This document shows, piece after piece, positions 29,101 through 39,609 of a stretch of DNA of 64,000 nt. The notes below the pieces were generated by a model. It did no database searches and had not been told where the DNA came from. It saw only the letters and a list, made by a program, of their open reading frames with translations. The stretch lies in NCBI GenBank assembly GCA_963733295.1, contig CAVTCS010000003.1, positions 1,184,001-1,248,000 on the forward strand, in the 5' to 3' direction. The DNA is from Vulcanimicrobiota bacterium. Lineage in GTDB: Bacteria > Vulcanimicrobiota > Vulcanimicrobiia > Vulcanimicrobiales > Vulcanimicrobiaceae. Position 1 is the stretch's first letter. Each line of letters begins with the position of its first letter. Both the position numbers and the translations under genes were made by a program.

Positions 29101-31903
29101 CTTGCGCCACGTCGACATAATGTACGGCCTCGTGAGGCGTCTCGCTGCCGGCGACGAGCTGCGTCGCGCTGATCGTCTGACGGCGCTGCAGAACCAAATG
29201 CACGTGCTCGCCGTCGAGCGCCTTCCCTGCCGGATCGCTCACGATCAGCGCGATCTTGTATGGTGTGCCGGCCTGCGCGAGAAAATCACCGCGCAGACCG
29301 ATCAATTTTTCGCTCGGCAGCGCGGTGAACTGTTTGCTCGCCGAAACCGAGAGGTTCGACGCGTCGGTCGTCTCGGCGTCGACCTGGTACATCGTCGCGA
29401 ACGGGAGGTCGTTGCCGGCTTGAACCGCGATGCCGGCTTTCCCAGCGGCGTCGACGGTGACGTCCTTTTGAAGCACGTCACTGGAGAGGGTGGGTTCTTC
29501 TTCGGGATACCACCAGATGCGCCCGAAACTGAATGCGTCCCACCCCTTTGGATTAAAATTCGCGCGGCTGCGAGTCACGTAGAACTTCGTCGTCCCGCCT
29601 TCCACCGGCGCACCGAACAGGTAGGTGCTCGTCGAAGCTGCGTTCACGGTCGCACCGGCAGCAACGGTTTGGGCGTCGAGCTCGAGCGCGACCTTGAAAT
29701 TCGGCGGCTTGAATTGCGCTACTTGAAACGAACCATCGATCTCTTCGCCGTTCGATGCTTTGGCCGTTATTGCATAATAGCCGGTCGCCGCGCGCTTTCC
29801 CACGGTCCATCCAATTGCGAACGCACCGAACGGATCGAGCGCCTTCGAGCCGAGCGCCGTCGTCTTGCCGTTGGGATCGGTTATCGTCACGGCGTACGTG
29901 GCGGCGCCGCCGCGCGCGAGCTTCCCGTTCGTTTCGAAGTACCCGATCGCACTGAACTCGGCGCGCTCGCCGGGTTGATAGAGTTGCCGGTCGCAAACGA
30001 TCGTGCCGCGCGAGTTCGGTGCGCCGGCAGACCAGCCGGTCCCGACGCCCGCGTAGTCGCTCCACTGCCGCGTGCGCACGAATCCCCAATCCTTCCCGTC
30101 GTGAGCGATGACGAGCAGCTCGGGCGGCGCCGACGCGCTCGTCGCGGTGCTCGCACAGCGCGCGAAAGCGGCGCGGTCGAGCCTCAAGGTGCCGTCGGGA
30201 CCTGTGGTTCCCGACGCACACGGCGGCTGCGACGCATCGACGTTCGGCTTTGCGATTCGGTCGAGCAACGATTCGTAGATCTCGACCTTCGCGTCCGGTA
30301 TCGGCGAGCCGTCGGAAAGATGTGCGAGGCGCACCATCCCTCCCTCCGGGAACCACTGCGCGAACGCACCGACGTTGGTGAGTTGCACGAAGCCGAGGAT
30401 CTGCGTGCCCTTCTTTAACTTTCCCCGTTCGATGTGCGAGAGGGCAGTCTGCGCCTCTATCCCGTAGGCGAGCATTCCGGTGGCGCCGCCGAGTTTTTCG
30501 CGCAACGGGATCGGCGTGTCGACGGGCTCGTTCCGGCGCAGAACGGCCTGCTGCATCGGCCAGTGTTCGGGCGGCGGCAAGTGATTCAGCGCCGATTGGT
30601 CGTTTGCAAAGTCGAGGGTCACGAGCATCTTCGGATCGATCGTCCGGAACGCGCTGCGGTAGTGCCGCTCCGGGAGGTTCGTCGTCGTGACGTTGAGCGC
30701 GATGTCGCTGCCGGCGGGGAAAATACTCAAACCTGACGGCGCCCAAAGGTCCGGCAGCAAATCACCCGTGTCGAACGTGCCGCTCTCCGGGTGGTCGAGA
30801 CTTTGGCCGAACACGTCCTTCGCGCCGGCCGCAACGCTCAAGGTGTAGTGCGTGGCCGGCGCCAGCGCATACTCGTTGACTTCGATCGCGAGCTTGTCGT
30901 CACTCAAACGCGCCAGCGGAACGCCGCTCAGCGGCGCGGGCGATACGCTCAGAGCCTTAAGCGCACTGTCCTCATCAAGCGGGTTCGAGAACGTCAACTG
31001 CGGCGGACCGGTGACGAAACGGCCGGTTTCTCCGAGAATCTCGGGGTTGTAGCTGGTGACGGTCTCGAGTGCGAGCGGTCCGTGCGTCCGGAAGTACGCG
31101 GAAAGCGTTTGACTCGAAGGCAGGTTCCCGCGGAGCGGCATCACGCCGGGCGACACCGTCAAGCGGTATTTCGTCTGCAGCGCCAGATCGCTCTTCGGGA
31201 CGAGCTGATACGCGAACGTTTCCTCCGCTTGGGCGGCTCCAGGCGGTTCGAACGATGAGGGCGATGGGCTGGGTGCGGGGGCGATTTCCAACTCGACGGG
31301 CGACTCGCGCGAATCCGCCACCCCGATGCGCGCGTGTGCTAGGAGCGACGCCGTATCGAGTTCGACGTTTGAGTCGATCTCGATCACGGGCCTGGCTTCC
31401 ACCGGCGGCTTCTCGTCCTCCGGCGCCTGAGAGACTCCGGTACCGGAGGCCGATAGCGCGAGCGGCTCCGTCGTAAACGTCCAAGCGTAGTCGGCCGCGA
31501 GCGCGTTGTTCTTGCGATCTTTGAGTCCCGCGGCCAACGTCACTCGGAAGCGCGTCGCTTTCGGCAGCGGAGCGTCGCCGGCGAAACCGACCATTTGCGG
31601 AGTCCAAACCGTGAAACGGCCGGGGAGCTGCGGAGCGAGGCGGAAGTGAGCCACGAGATCGGTGCGATCGGCCGACTCGAGCTGTTCGAGCGGAACGAGA
31701 TTGTTCTCGAAACGCACCAAGATCTGCGCACCGGACTTCGTCTCACCGCGCGGCGAGATCGACGTAATCCAGGCGGGCAGCGGTTGAGCGGTCACGGGCT
31801 CGACGGTAGCGAGCGGTTGAGGCTTTTTTCCCGGCGGGGCGCTGCACGCACTTGCAGAAAGCGCAAGTACCGCACCTAAAACGTACAAAGCCGACGCTCG
31901 CAT
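26189..31903 (-). CDS. Bacterial alpha-2-macroglobulin-family lipoprotein
   Basis: Lipobox-like SASAC; DRQLYQPGE, FKPPNFKV, VDDAVLQL, VPDDLTSW, LPQFARPGD, DPLPGGLE, YLVRSVTPG, YAPEEFGR. Confidence 0.93.
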   Translation of the reverse strand: MRASALYVLGAVLALSASACSAPPGKKPQPLATVEPVTAQPLPAWITSISPRGETKSGAQILVRFENNLVPLEQLESADRTDLVAHFRLAPQLPGRFTVWTPQMVGFAGDAPLPKATRFRVTLAAGLKDRKNNALAADYAWTFTTEPLALSASGTGVSQAPEDEKPPVEARPVIEIDSNVELDTASLLAHARIGVADSRESPVELEIAPAPSPSPSSFEPPGAAQAEETFAYQLVPKSDLALQTKYRLTVSPGVMPLRGNLPSSQTLSAYFRTHGPLALETVTSYNPEILGETGRFVTGPPQLTFSNPLDEDSALKALSVSPAPLSGVPLARLSDDKLAIEVNEYALAPATHYTLSVAAGAKDVFGQSLDHPESGTFDTGDLLPDLWAPSGLSIFPAGSDIALNVTTTNLPERHYRSAFRTIDPKMLVTLDFANDQSALNHLPPPEHWPMQQAVLRRNEPVDTPIPLREKLGGATGMLAYGIEAQTALSHIERGKLKKGTQILGFVQLTNVGAFAQWFPEGGMVRLAHLSDGSPIPDAKVEIYESLLDRIAKPNVDASQPPCASGTTGPDGTLRLDRAAFARCASTATSASAPPELLVIAHDGKDWGFVRTRQWSDYAGVGTGWSAGAPNSRGTIVCDRQLYQPGERAEFSAIGYFETNGKLARGGAATYAVTITDPNGKTTALGSKALDPFGAFAIGWTVGKRAATGYYAITAKASNGEEIDGSFQVAQFKPPNFKVALELDAQTVAAGATVNAASTSTYLFGAPVEGGTTKFYVTRSRANFNPKGWDAFSFGRIWWYPEEEPTLSSDVLQKDVTVDAAGKAGIAVQAGNDLPFATMYQVDAETTDASNLSVSASKQFTALPSEKLIGLRGDFLAQAGTPYKIALIVSDPAGKALDGEHVHLVLQRRQTISATQLVAGSETPHEAVHYVDVAQADAVSGTSPQSVALTPDKSGIYRIRANFDGAKDDVTATDSMLWVTGPGGSDWGPSDESYLTVKLDKQTYRPGDVATALVESPYADADLFFAVVRHGVLYQKSIRVHGSAPQVRFTVTPEMLPNAAVEALLVRRGSSLAKGVPAGLDKLASLGFQPFDVNLDAKYLQVKVLAQRATVEPGGAQRVSVRLRDAAGKPVQGEVVLAVVDDAVLQLSGYRFPDLVKIVYASQPISTSFADNRRDVTLVTEKRFVDKGFGFGGGSMAGPAGTRVRTLFKPLAYWNGALRTGPDGTAGANFNVPDDLTSWHVMALALSKDARFGNAETTFIATKALVTNPILPQFARPGDRFSAGVAVTDVARKGGNYAIDAKLAGDLVFIDGDERSTQKLLKGQTEALNNAFRFDVLVTGPQDGRATISTKLGPNTDAFAVPVTVGTEAVTESTVQTGTTTDRATVAINIVPQFPMNMGGLDVTLASTLLADAVEPSRVLDEQRPPFAVALASRIAIAADTLELGKIYGIDSARAKGLRKIANDDLDALRTLSLPDDGFAEWPGAQSSELFSTAFIATQLYQAQRAGFDVGPDLRRVRRFLAARLADPDEDCGKNDRTCRTEARLEALETLVFLGEKRDDYLPEIFAQRADLSYYEQIELARLLLALPDWRTRGLALRDKLLEQVTFTGRNATVNTLGDFDETFVAGQSQMLSLLVESGSPGEDVDRALSALLGARHDGRWPCLCDDAEAMNALLIYAHTQTSPPDFDALARVGETTISAQFRGYGKTSVQQSIPMARLPKGSSEVGLSKSGKGTLHFVVGLRYGVLVDTPGIYNGIRIDRFVRAAGSAPVLASFGLATPSAPSLSAAKVYDIEDRVTTDHALENVVVDDPLPGGLEAIDSSFAISTKYYEAAQSSWELDYQEIYRDHVLGFAAHLPAGVYAFHYLVRSVTPGDFIWPGARVSLQYAPEEFGRTASSRMTIAPAP

Positions 31904-34175
31904 GACGCCCATCCTTCGAGGCAGACTTCACAACAACGTCAGCCGATACATTGTGACGGCGACGGTCGTTGCGGGCTTGGCCCTGATCGCGTTCCAGCAG
32001 CGACCGGTCCTGCCCGCCGATCTTCCACGCGAGGCAGGTGCTCTCGAATTCGTCGATCGCAACGGCCTCCGCTTGGGAACCGTCCTCGGACGCGACGAGC
32101 GCCACACGATGTCGGTTCCGCTCGAGCGGATCGCGCCCGTCTTTCGCGCAGCCGTCGTCGCCGCCGAAGACCGCCGCTTTCTCGAGCACGGCACCCTCGA
32201 TGTGCCTTCCGCGGTTCGCGCCGGCGCGCTCGGCCTTATCGGCCACCGGTTCCCTCACGGCGCATCGACGCTCTCGATGCAGCTCGGCCGGCTCGTGAAC
32301 CCGGTACCGGATTCGCCCCTCGGCAAACTCCACGAGATCCTCTTCGCGAACCGGCTCGAATTCGGAATGAGCAAGAACGCGATTCTCGAGGCATACGCCA
32401 ATCGCGCTCCGATGGGTTCGAACCTGTACGGCGTCGAGGCTGCCTCGCGGACCTACTTCGGCACGCATGCCGACGAGCTGGACCTCGCGCAGGCCGCTCT
32501 CCTCGCGGCGCTTCCAAACGATCCGGTGAGGCTCGATCCCTATCGGCACCGCGCGGCCCTCGAGGTGCGACGCCGCTTCATCTTGCAGCGCATGCTCGCC
32601 TGCGGTTTCATCGCGCAAGGCGAGGCCGAGAACGCCGCTCGCGAGCGCGTCGTCGTGCTGCCGCGGAGGCTCGGCATCGTCGCCGCGCCGCATTTCTTGT
32701 TCGCCATCGCTCGGACCGTGCCGGCCGACCGCGAGCGCGTACGCACGACGATCGATCGTCCCCTACAGCTCTTCGTCGAAGCGCAGGTGCGTGCGGTCGT
32801 CGCGGCGCTCGGCGCGAACGACGTCCGCGACGCGGCGGCTATCGTCATCGACAATCGCACGGCGCAGGTCCTCGCCTATGCCGGCTCACCTGACTACTTT
32901 TCCGACGCGGACTTCGGCCGCAACGACGGCGTCTTGGCGCTTCGTCAACCAGGCTCGGCGCTCAAACCGTTCTTGTACGAACTCGCGCTCGAGCGGCGCG
33001 CGATCAGGCCGGCCACGATTCTCGCCGACGTTCCAGTCGCCTATGCGCTGCCCGATGCGAGACTCTATCGTCCGAGCGACTACTCCGAGCACTTCGCCGG
33101 TCCGGTGCGCGTACGCATCGCTCTGGCCGACTCGTTGAACGTTCCCGCAGTCCGTGTGCTCGAACGCGTGGGCGTCCAGGCGTTTTTGGACCGGCTGCAC
33201 GAACTCGGTTTCAGCGAGCTCCAAAAGCCGGCTTCGTACTACGGGCTCGGACTCACGCTTGGCGGCGGAGAAGTCAGCTTATACGAACTAGCGCGCGCCT
33301 ATCTGGCGGCCGCGCGCGGAGGCGCTGCAGTCGATCTCGTGAGCAGCCTCGACGCTCCGCCCGCGCCGCAAGCGCTGCCCGGCGACCCCGCCTGGGCTCT
33401 CGTAACCGACATTCTCGCCGACGATCATGCGCGCGCGGCGGCCTTCGGCACGCACTCGATCCTCTCGCTGCCGTTTCCCGCCGCCGTTAAAACGGGGACC
33501 TCCTCGGACTTCCGCGATACTTGGACCGCAGGTTTCTCGCGCGACTACACCGTCGCGGTCTGGGTCGGCAACTTCGATGGTTCGCCGATGCGCGGAATCA
33601 GCGGCGTGACCGGTGCGGCGCCCCTCTGGAGCCGCATCATGCTTCACCTTCACGAAGGGCGCGAAGCGCGAGCCTTCGATCCGCCCCGCGGCTACGTTCG
33701 GCGAGCCATTTGCGCCGAAACGGGGACGCGTCCGTTTCCCGGGTGCCGCGCCAGCGTGCTCGAGTGGCTCGATCGTGGCGACCTTGCAGCCTACGTGCGG
33801 ACGCAACCGCGGGCGCTCGACGACGAATACGATACCTGGCTCGCGGCGCAGCCGGTGCGGGCCGGCCTCGTCACGCGCATCCTGTTTCCACGCGACGGCG
33901 ACATCTTCGTGCTCGAGCCCGGCGTCGCAAATCAAGCCTTGAAATTCGAGATCGGCGGGCGCGATGTGGCCTCCGCGCGCGCGTTCGTAAACGGAACCCC
34001 TTTGACGCGCTCAGGCCATGACTATCTCTGGCCGTTGCGGCTCGGCACCTTCGAGTTGCGCGTTCGCTCGCGTGCCGGCGAAAGCCGCGCGCGCTTCAGG
34101 GTCGTAGCGCCGGCACCGCGGCGCTACGGCTTCACGCTTGCGGCGTCCCGCCCAAGCTCCGCAGAAACGCGCTGA
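31902..34175 (+). CDS. pbpC: Penicillin-binding protein 1C
   Basis: Transglycosylase EDRRF and GASTLSMQL; transpeptidase SALK, SLN, KTGT; start may instead be GTG 31953. Confidence 0.92.
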   Translation: MTPILRGRLHNNVSRYIVTATVVAGLALIAFQQRPVLPADLPREAGALEFVDRNGLRLGTVLGRDERHTMSVPLERIAPVFRAAVVAAEDRRFLEHGTLDVPSAVRAGALGLIGHRFPHGASTLSMQLGRLVNPVPDSPLGKLHEILFANRLEFGMSKNAILEAYANRAPMGSNLYGVEAASRTYFGTHADELDLAQAALLAALPNDPVRLDPYRHRAALEVRRRFILQRMLACGFIAQGEAENAARERVVVLPRRLGIVAAPHFLFAIARTVPADRERVRTTIDRPLQLFVEAQVRAVVAALGANDVRDAAAIVIDNRTAQVLAYAGSPDYFSDADFGRNDGVLALRQPGSALKPFLYELALERRAIRPATILADVPVAYALPDARLYRPSDYSEHFAGPVRVRIALADSLNVPAVRVLERVGVQAFLDRLHELGFSELQKPASYYGLGLTLGGGEVSLYELARAYLAAARGGAAVDLVSSLDAPPAPQALPGDPAWALVTDILADDHARAAAFGTHSILSLPFPAAVKTGTSSDFRDTWTAGFSRDYTVAVWVGNFDGSPMRGISGVTGAAPLWSRIMLHLHEGREARAFDPPRGYVRRAICAETGTRPFPGCRASVLEWLDRGDLAAYVRTQPRALDDEYDTWLAAQPVRAGLVTRILFPRDGDIFVLEPGVANQALKFEIGGRDVASARAFVNGTPLTRSGHDYLWPLRLGTFELRVRSRAGESRARFRVVAPAPRRYGFTLAASRPSSAETR

Positions 34176-34884
34176 ACGCGTCCCAATTCGCCTGCGCTCC
34201 GCTCGGATCGCGATCGACGCGCAACGTGGACGCGCCGTGTATTCCGGCCGAGGGCACGTAGTCGACCTTCCGCGTGCTCGGAATGACCGCGTAAATCGAG
34301 CGCCCCGCTTGGATTTCGGTCGCGTCGCTCGATGAGTCGATGAAGACCGGCACGTGGATCTGTCGCGCGGCAGCATGCACCGCGTTCTTGTCGCTGAGAT
34401 ATTCGTTCGGCGAGAAAGCGGCGACCGCCGCAACGTCGTGTGGGTGACGTGCGGCCAACAGGAAGACGAGCGCGGCCGAATAGCTGCTGCCCACGATATA
34501 GATCGGGACACCGGAGTGCGTTCGTTTCGCCCACAGAAGCGCTGCTTCCATGTCCGGAAGCGCCTTCATGTAGTCGCTGACGCTGGCGCCAAGGTGCTCG
34601 ACGGTCTCGTTGCCGGGCACGTAGAGGTTCCCGCCCGAGCGCTGATCGATCGCGAGGACGTTCATTCCAAGCTCGGCGATGCGCGGCGCGATCGGGTCGT
34701 ATTCGGTCTTGCTCGAACCGGCCTGGTGAAAGAGCAACACGACGGGAGCGTGCGCGGTCGCCGTGGGGTAACTCCGGGCGTAGACCTTCACGCCGTCCGA
34801 AGCGGTCAGCACGAGGCTCGAACCGGAAGGAGCTAAGGGCGGAACGAGGCCCATCCCGGCGATCAACGCGAGCGCTCGCAGCAT
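34132..34884 (-). CDS. Secreted alpha/beta hydrolase
   Basis: Signal-like N-terminus, LFHQAG, IDQRSGG, GSSYS, AGIHG. Confidence 0.82.
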   Translation of the reverse strand: MLRALALIAGMGLVPPLAPSGSSLVLTASDGVKVYARSYPTATAHAPVVLLFHQAGSSKTEYDPIAPRIAELGMNVLAIDQRSGGNLYVPGNETVEHLGASVSDYMKALPDMEAALLWAKRTHSGVPIYIVGSSYSAALVFLLAARHPHDVAAVAAFSPNEYLSDKNAVHAAARQIHVPVFIDSSSDATEIQAGRSIYAVIPSTRKVDYVPSAGIHGASTLRVDRDPSGAQANWDAFSAFLRSLGGTPQA

Positions 34885-34935
34885 GCGGGCGGCTTCGCGC
34901 CGCACGACCTGCGTTCCGCCGCGAGCCCGCGGAGT

Positions 34936-35886
34936 TTAGCGGACGCTAAAGCTCAGTCCGCGCGGCTTCAGCGGGATCCCGCTGACGGGCGCGGCGCTGG
35001 AATGACTGATACGCTCCACGTCGTGGTCGGTTTCTAGCGAGCGGGGCCGCTCGAGCGGACGAACCTTCTCGGAATAGCGGATCGGTTCGGGCGCAGGCCC
35101 CGGGTAGCGCACGGGGTCGAGTTCGCGCTCGGCATCCAGGCGCGGCAATTCGGCCCGATATGACTGTCCCGGCGCAGCCTCGTCGCTGCGGTACATGGGA
35201 GCGGTGGGTTCCTCGATGCGATAGGCCGGCGCCGCGGGCTCTTCGACGCGGTAGGTGGGTGCCGCTTCGAGATGCACCGGGTGCAGCTCCGGCGGGTTCG
35301 GGCGCGCGATGCGCGGGAGATCGTATTCCGGGACGGCCTGCAAGATCGGCGCGGCCGGCACCGCAGCGACGGGCGGGGCAGGCGCGGCTGCGACCGGACC
35401 CGGCGAGACTTCTCCTTCGATCGATTCGAGCGTGTGCTGAACGAGCCGGTCGACGAATGCATCGAAAGGCGCGCGCACGGCGCGGCCCGTCGAACTGCCG
35501 ACAGGCACGAATTCGATCGAAGCCGTCGTGAAATCCGCGCTGATGTCGAAGTCCAGGATCTCCTCGACGTTTTCGAACACGTTCGGATTCGACTCGTGAT
35601 TGAAGCGGCCGGAACCGTCAACGCCGATGCGCATGCGGCTTCCATCGAACATCGCGAGTATCAGCGTGATCTCGCCGGCGCCCTTCGAACCTTCGGCCCC
35701 GAGATCGGCGAAGCGCGAACCCGAAACGGGATCGAGGTTCGTGAAGAAGTCGTCAAGCCTCGCCCTGAGGTAGCTCTGCAGACGCAAGATCGTGCCGACC
35801 CGGTCGGCACGCACTTCCAAAAGGCGTTCGCGGGCGGCGACGATCCGGTCAAAATTCTGCCTGAGCACAGCGTTCATCGGGAGCAT
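34936..35886 (-). CDS. Hypothetical protein with Pro/Glu-rich repetitive C-terminal tail
   Basis: 316-aa ORF: globular-looking N-half, low-complexity tail with YRxEEP repeats. Confidence 0.7.
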   Translation of the reverse strand: MLPMNAVLRQNFDRIVAARERLLEVRADRVGTILRLQSYLRARLDDFFTNLDPVSGSRFADLGAEGSKGAGEITLILAMFDGSRMRIGVDGSGRFNHESNPNVFENVEEILDFDISADFTTASIEFVPVGSSTGRAVRAPFDAFVDRLVQHTLESIEGEVSPGPVAAAPAPPVAAVPAAPILQAVPEYDLPRIARPNPPELHPVHLEAAPTYRVEEPAAPAYRIEEPTAPMYRSDEAAPGQSYRAELPRLDAERELDPVRYPGPAPEPIRYSEKVRPLERPRSLETDHDVERISHSSAAPVSGIPLKPRGLSFSVR

Positions 35887-35989
35887 CCTCTAACGTGTTC
35901 CATCGTACTTTAAATCTCGGGTGGAACCGCCCGCGGCTCCTGTGAAACCGGGCCCGTGGACCCAAACCATGATCCAGCGCACGCCCGCC

Positions 35990-37126
35990 TCAGCCGGCTC
36001 CCGTGCGTGGGCGCACGAGCGGCAGTCCATCCTTGTCGAAGTGCGCGCCGGTCAGCCAGCGGATAAAGTACTCGTAACTCGCGTAGCCCGCTTTGACCCG
36101 GTTCGCGTGCAGGTACGCGTTGTACGCCGTGCGCTGAGCGCGCGCGACCGTGGGGTTGGTTTGCCTCGCGTAGCGTTTGCGAATCGCTTCCACGTCCCCG
36201 GCCGCGAGCGCCGACAGCTGGTGCGTGACGTGGACGTTGGAAGGCAAGTTGAACCAGGTCAAAAGCCAGCCCGAATACCGGAAGAGCGGATCGTCCGAGT
36301 TGGTGCACGCCAAGACCGCGATCAGGTTCGCCTCGGACTCGTCGGCAAAACCTGCCAAATGCGCCCACTCGTGCGCGTAAACGGCGGGACGCTCGTACGC
36401 CGAAAGGGTGGCATCGACATTGAGCTCGTGCGTCCACGGATCCATGAAACCGTCGCTTCCCGAGGCGACCATCAACAGCTGGAAAATAGTCGGCTTGATC
36501 GGCGGCGCCGCGAACGAAGCGTCGTCGCCCAGACGGTGGATCGCCGCTCCGAAGGTGGGCGCGAGCCGCGTTCCCATTTGCGAGACCGTCGGCACCGTGA
36601 CTCCGTGCGCGGCTTCGGCATTCGCATTGAGTTCGTCAACCACACGGTCTGCAAACTTGGCGACTGAGTCTTCGTTCGTGCGGGCGTTATCGACGATGAT
36701 CTTCGACGCGGCCGGCACGCGATCGTAGCTGTACCCCCAGGCCACCGTGAACCAGATGAAGACGAGCGCCAACAAAGCGGCCGTACGCAGCAACGCCGCG
36801 ACGATGACTGCAGGCTTGCGGCGGCGCAGTGCGTCGCGCGTCGTGTCGAACAGCCAAAGCGCGAGCGTGACGAGCAACACGATAATCAGTGCGTCCCCTA
36901 CCGAAAACGGCAAGGGCTGAAAAATCCCCCGGATCGCTCCGTCGATATGGGGGTAGTATCCATTGGAGTAGTGCCGCTCAATCCAAACCGGCGACGGCAC
37001 GAGATACCGCAGATCGACTGCGACGATGATCGCCACGATGTCGGCGAACGCCAGCGCATACCCCACGAGGGTTCGCTTCGGTTCGCGCCTTGCGTCGCCC
37101 CTCACGAGGGCGCGGCTCGAGCGCAT
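35990..37126 (-). CDS. DUF3810-like membrane-anchored putative zinc peptidase
   Basis: IERHYSNGYYP, PFSVGD, WGYSYDR, HEWAHLAGFADESEAN (HExxH); start uncertain. Confidence 0.82.
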   Translation of the reverse strand: MRSSRALVRGDARREPKRTLVGYALAFADIVAIIVAVDLRYLVPSPVWIERHYSNGYYPHIDGAIRGIFQPLPFSVGDALIIVLLVTLALWLFDTTRDALRRRKPAVIVAALLRTAALLALVFIWFTVAWGYSYDRVPAASKIIVDNARTNEDSVAKFADRVVDELNANAEAAHGVTVPTVSQMGTRLAPTFGAAIHRLGDDASFAAPPIKPTIFQLLMVASGSDGFMDPWTHELNVDATLSAYERPAVYAHEWAHLAGFADESEANLIAVLACTNSDDPLFRYSGWLLTWFNLPSNVHVTHQLSALAAGDVEAIRKRYARQTNPTVARAQRTAYNAYLHANRVKAGYASYEYFIRWLTGAHFDKDGLPLVRPRTGAG

Positions 37127-37140
37127 TCGAACCGCTCGAA

Positions 37141-37670
37141 ATGCTGCGCGCTGCGGTCGTCATCGCTCTCATCGGCTACGAGTCGCCGGCCTTTCTCGTG
37201 GTGCGCCGGGCCGCGCACCTGCGACGGAACCCGGGCGAAATCGCCTTTCCCGGCGGTTTGGTCGACGACGCCGACGCGGGAGCGGAGGCGACCGCACTTC
37301 GCGAGTTCGAAGAAGAGCTCGGCGTGCCGCGCGAGCGGGTTCGCGTCGTCGACCGGCTCGACGATGTCGAAACGCTCGCGTTGTCGGTGACCGTAACGCC
37401 GTTCGTCGGGACCATTGCACCGCCGGTGTCGATCGAAATCGACGCGCGCGAGATCGCAAGCGTGCACGAGGTTCCGCTCCGGGCGTTGTACCTTCCGGGA
37501 GCCCTGCACCACGGAACCGAGCCGGTCGAGCGTGGCGGAAAGCGCTACGACGTCCCCACCTGGCTCTTCGATTTCGAGGGGCTGCACATCTGGGGCGCTA
37601 CGGCGCGCATCCTCGAATCGTTCCTGCGACGCTATCCGGAAATCGCGAGCGTCCCGCGCCCCGAGAAGGT

Positions 37671-37674
<4 letters not shown>
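37141..37674 (+). CDS. Nudix CoA pyrophosphatase
   Basis: [33 protein letters not shown]; start uncertain (37090 or 37141). Confidence 0.88.
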
Positions 37675-38933
<1,259 letters not shown>

Positions 38934-38946
38934 TAGGCAGTAAAGC

Positions 38947-39561
38947 TCACGTCAGCGCGCTCGCTCCGGTGCGATTCTCTTTGCTGAAGATCTGATCCAC
39001 GAGTCCGTAGTCGCGAGCCTCCTCGGCCGTCATGTAGTAGTCCCGGTCGATGTCCTTGAGTATCTGCTCGATGGATTTCTTCGTCGTCTTCTCGTAAATG
39101 CCCGCGAGCATCTTGCGGGTCGCGATAAGGTCCCTAGCGGCGATCTCCACGTCGGTCGCCTGGCCGCCTACCTGCTGGACCCAGGGCTGGTGTATGAGGA
39201 TCTTTGCGTACTGAAGCGAGTACCGCTTCCCGGGCGCCCCGCCGGTCAATAGGATCGAGCCCATCGAGGCTGCCATTCCGGCGCAAATCGTGGCGACGTC
39301 CGGCCGGATTAACTGCATGGTGTCATAGACCGCCAGCCCCGCGGTGACGCTTCCCCCAGGACTGTTGATGTACATATCGATGTCTCTATCGGCGTCTTCT
39401 CGCTCGAGGAAGAGCAGCTGCGCGATCACTAAGTTCGCAAGATGGTCGTCGATCGGCCCCCCCACGAAAATGATGCGTTCTTTGAGCAGACGTGAATAGA
39501 TGTCAAAGGCGCGCTCCCCCCGCGCGCTCTGTTCGACCACCATCGGGACCAGGTGACCCAT
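38947..39561 (-). CDS. clpP: Clp protease proteolytic subunit
   Basis: [28 protein letters not shown]. Confidence 0.98.
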   Translation of the reverse strand: MGHLVPMVVEQSARGERAFDIYSRLLKERIIFVGGPIDDHLANLVIAQLLFLEREDADRDIDMYINSPGGSVTAGLAVYDTMQLIRPDVATICAGMAASMGSILLTGGAPGKRYSLQYAKILIHQPWVQQVGGQATDVEIAARDLIATRKMLAGIYEKTTKKSIEQILKDIDRDYYMTAEEARDYGLVDQIFSKENRTGASALT

Positions 39562-39609
39562 GCAAGACTCCTACTGACGGGAACGGACGAAAAGTGTTCT
39601 CTTCCTTGA

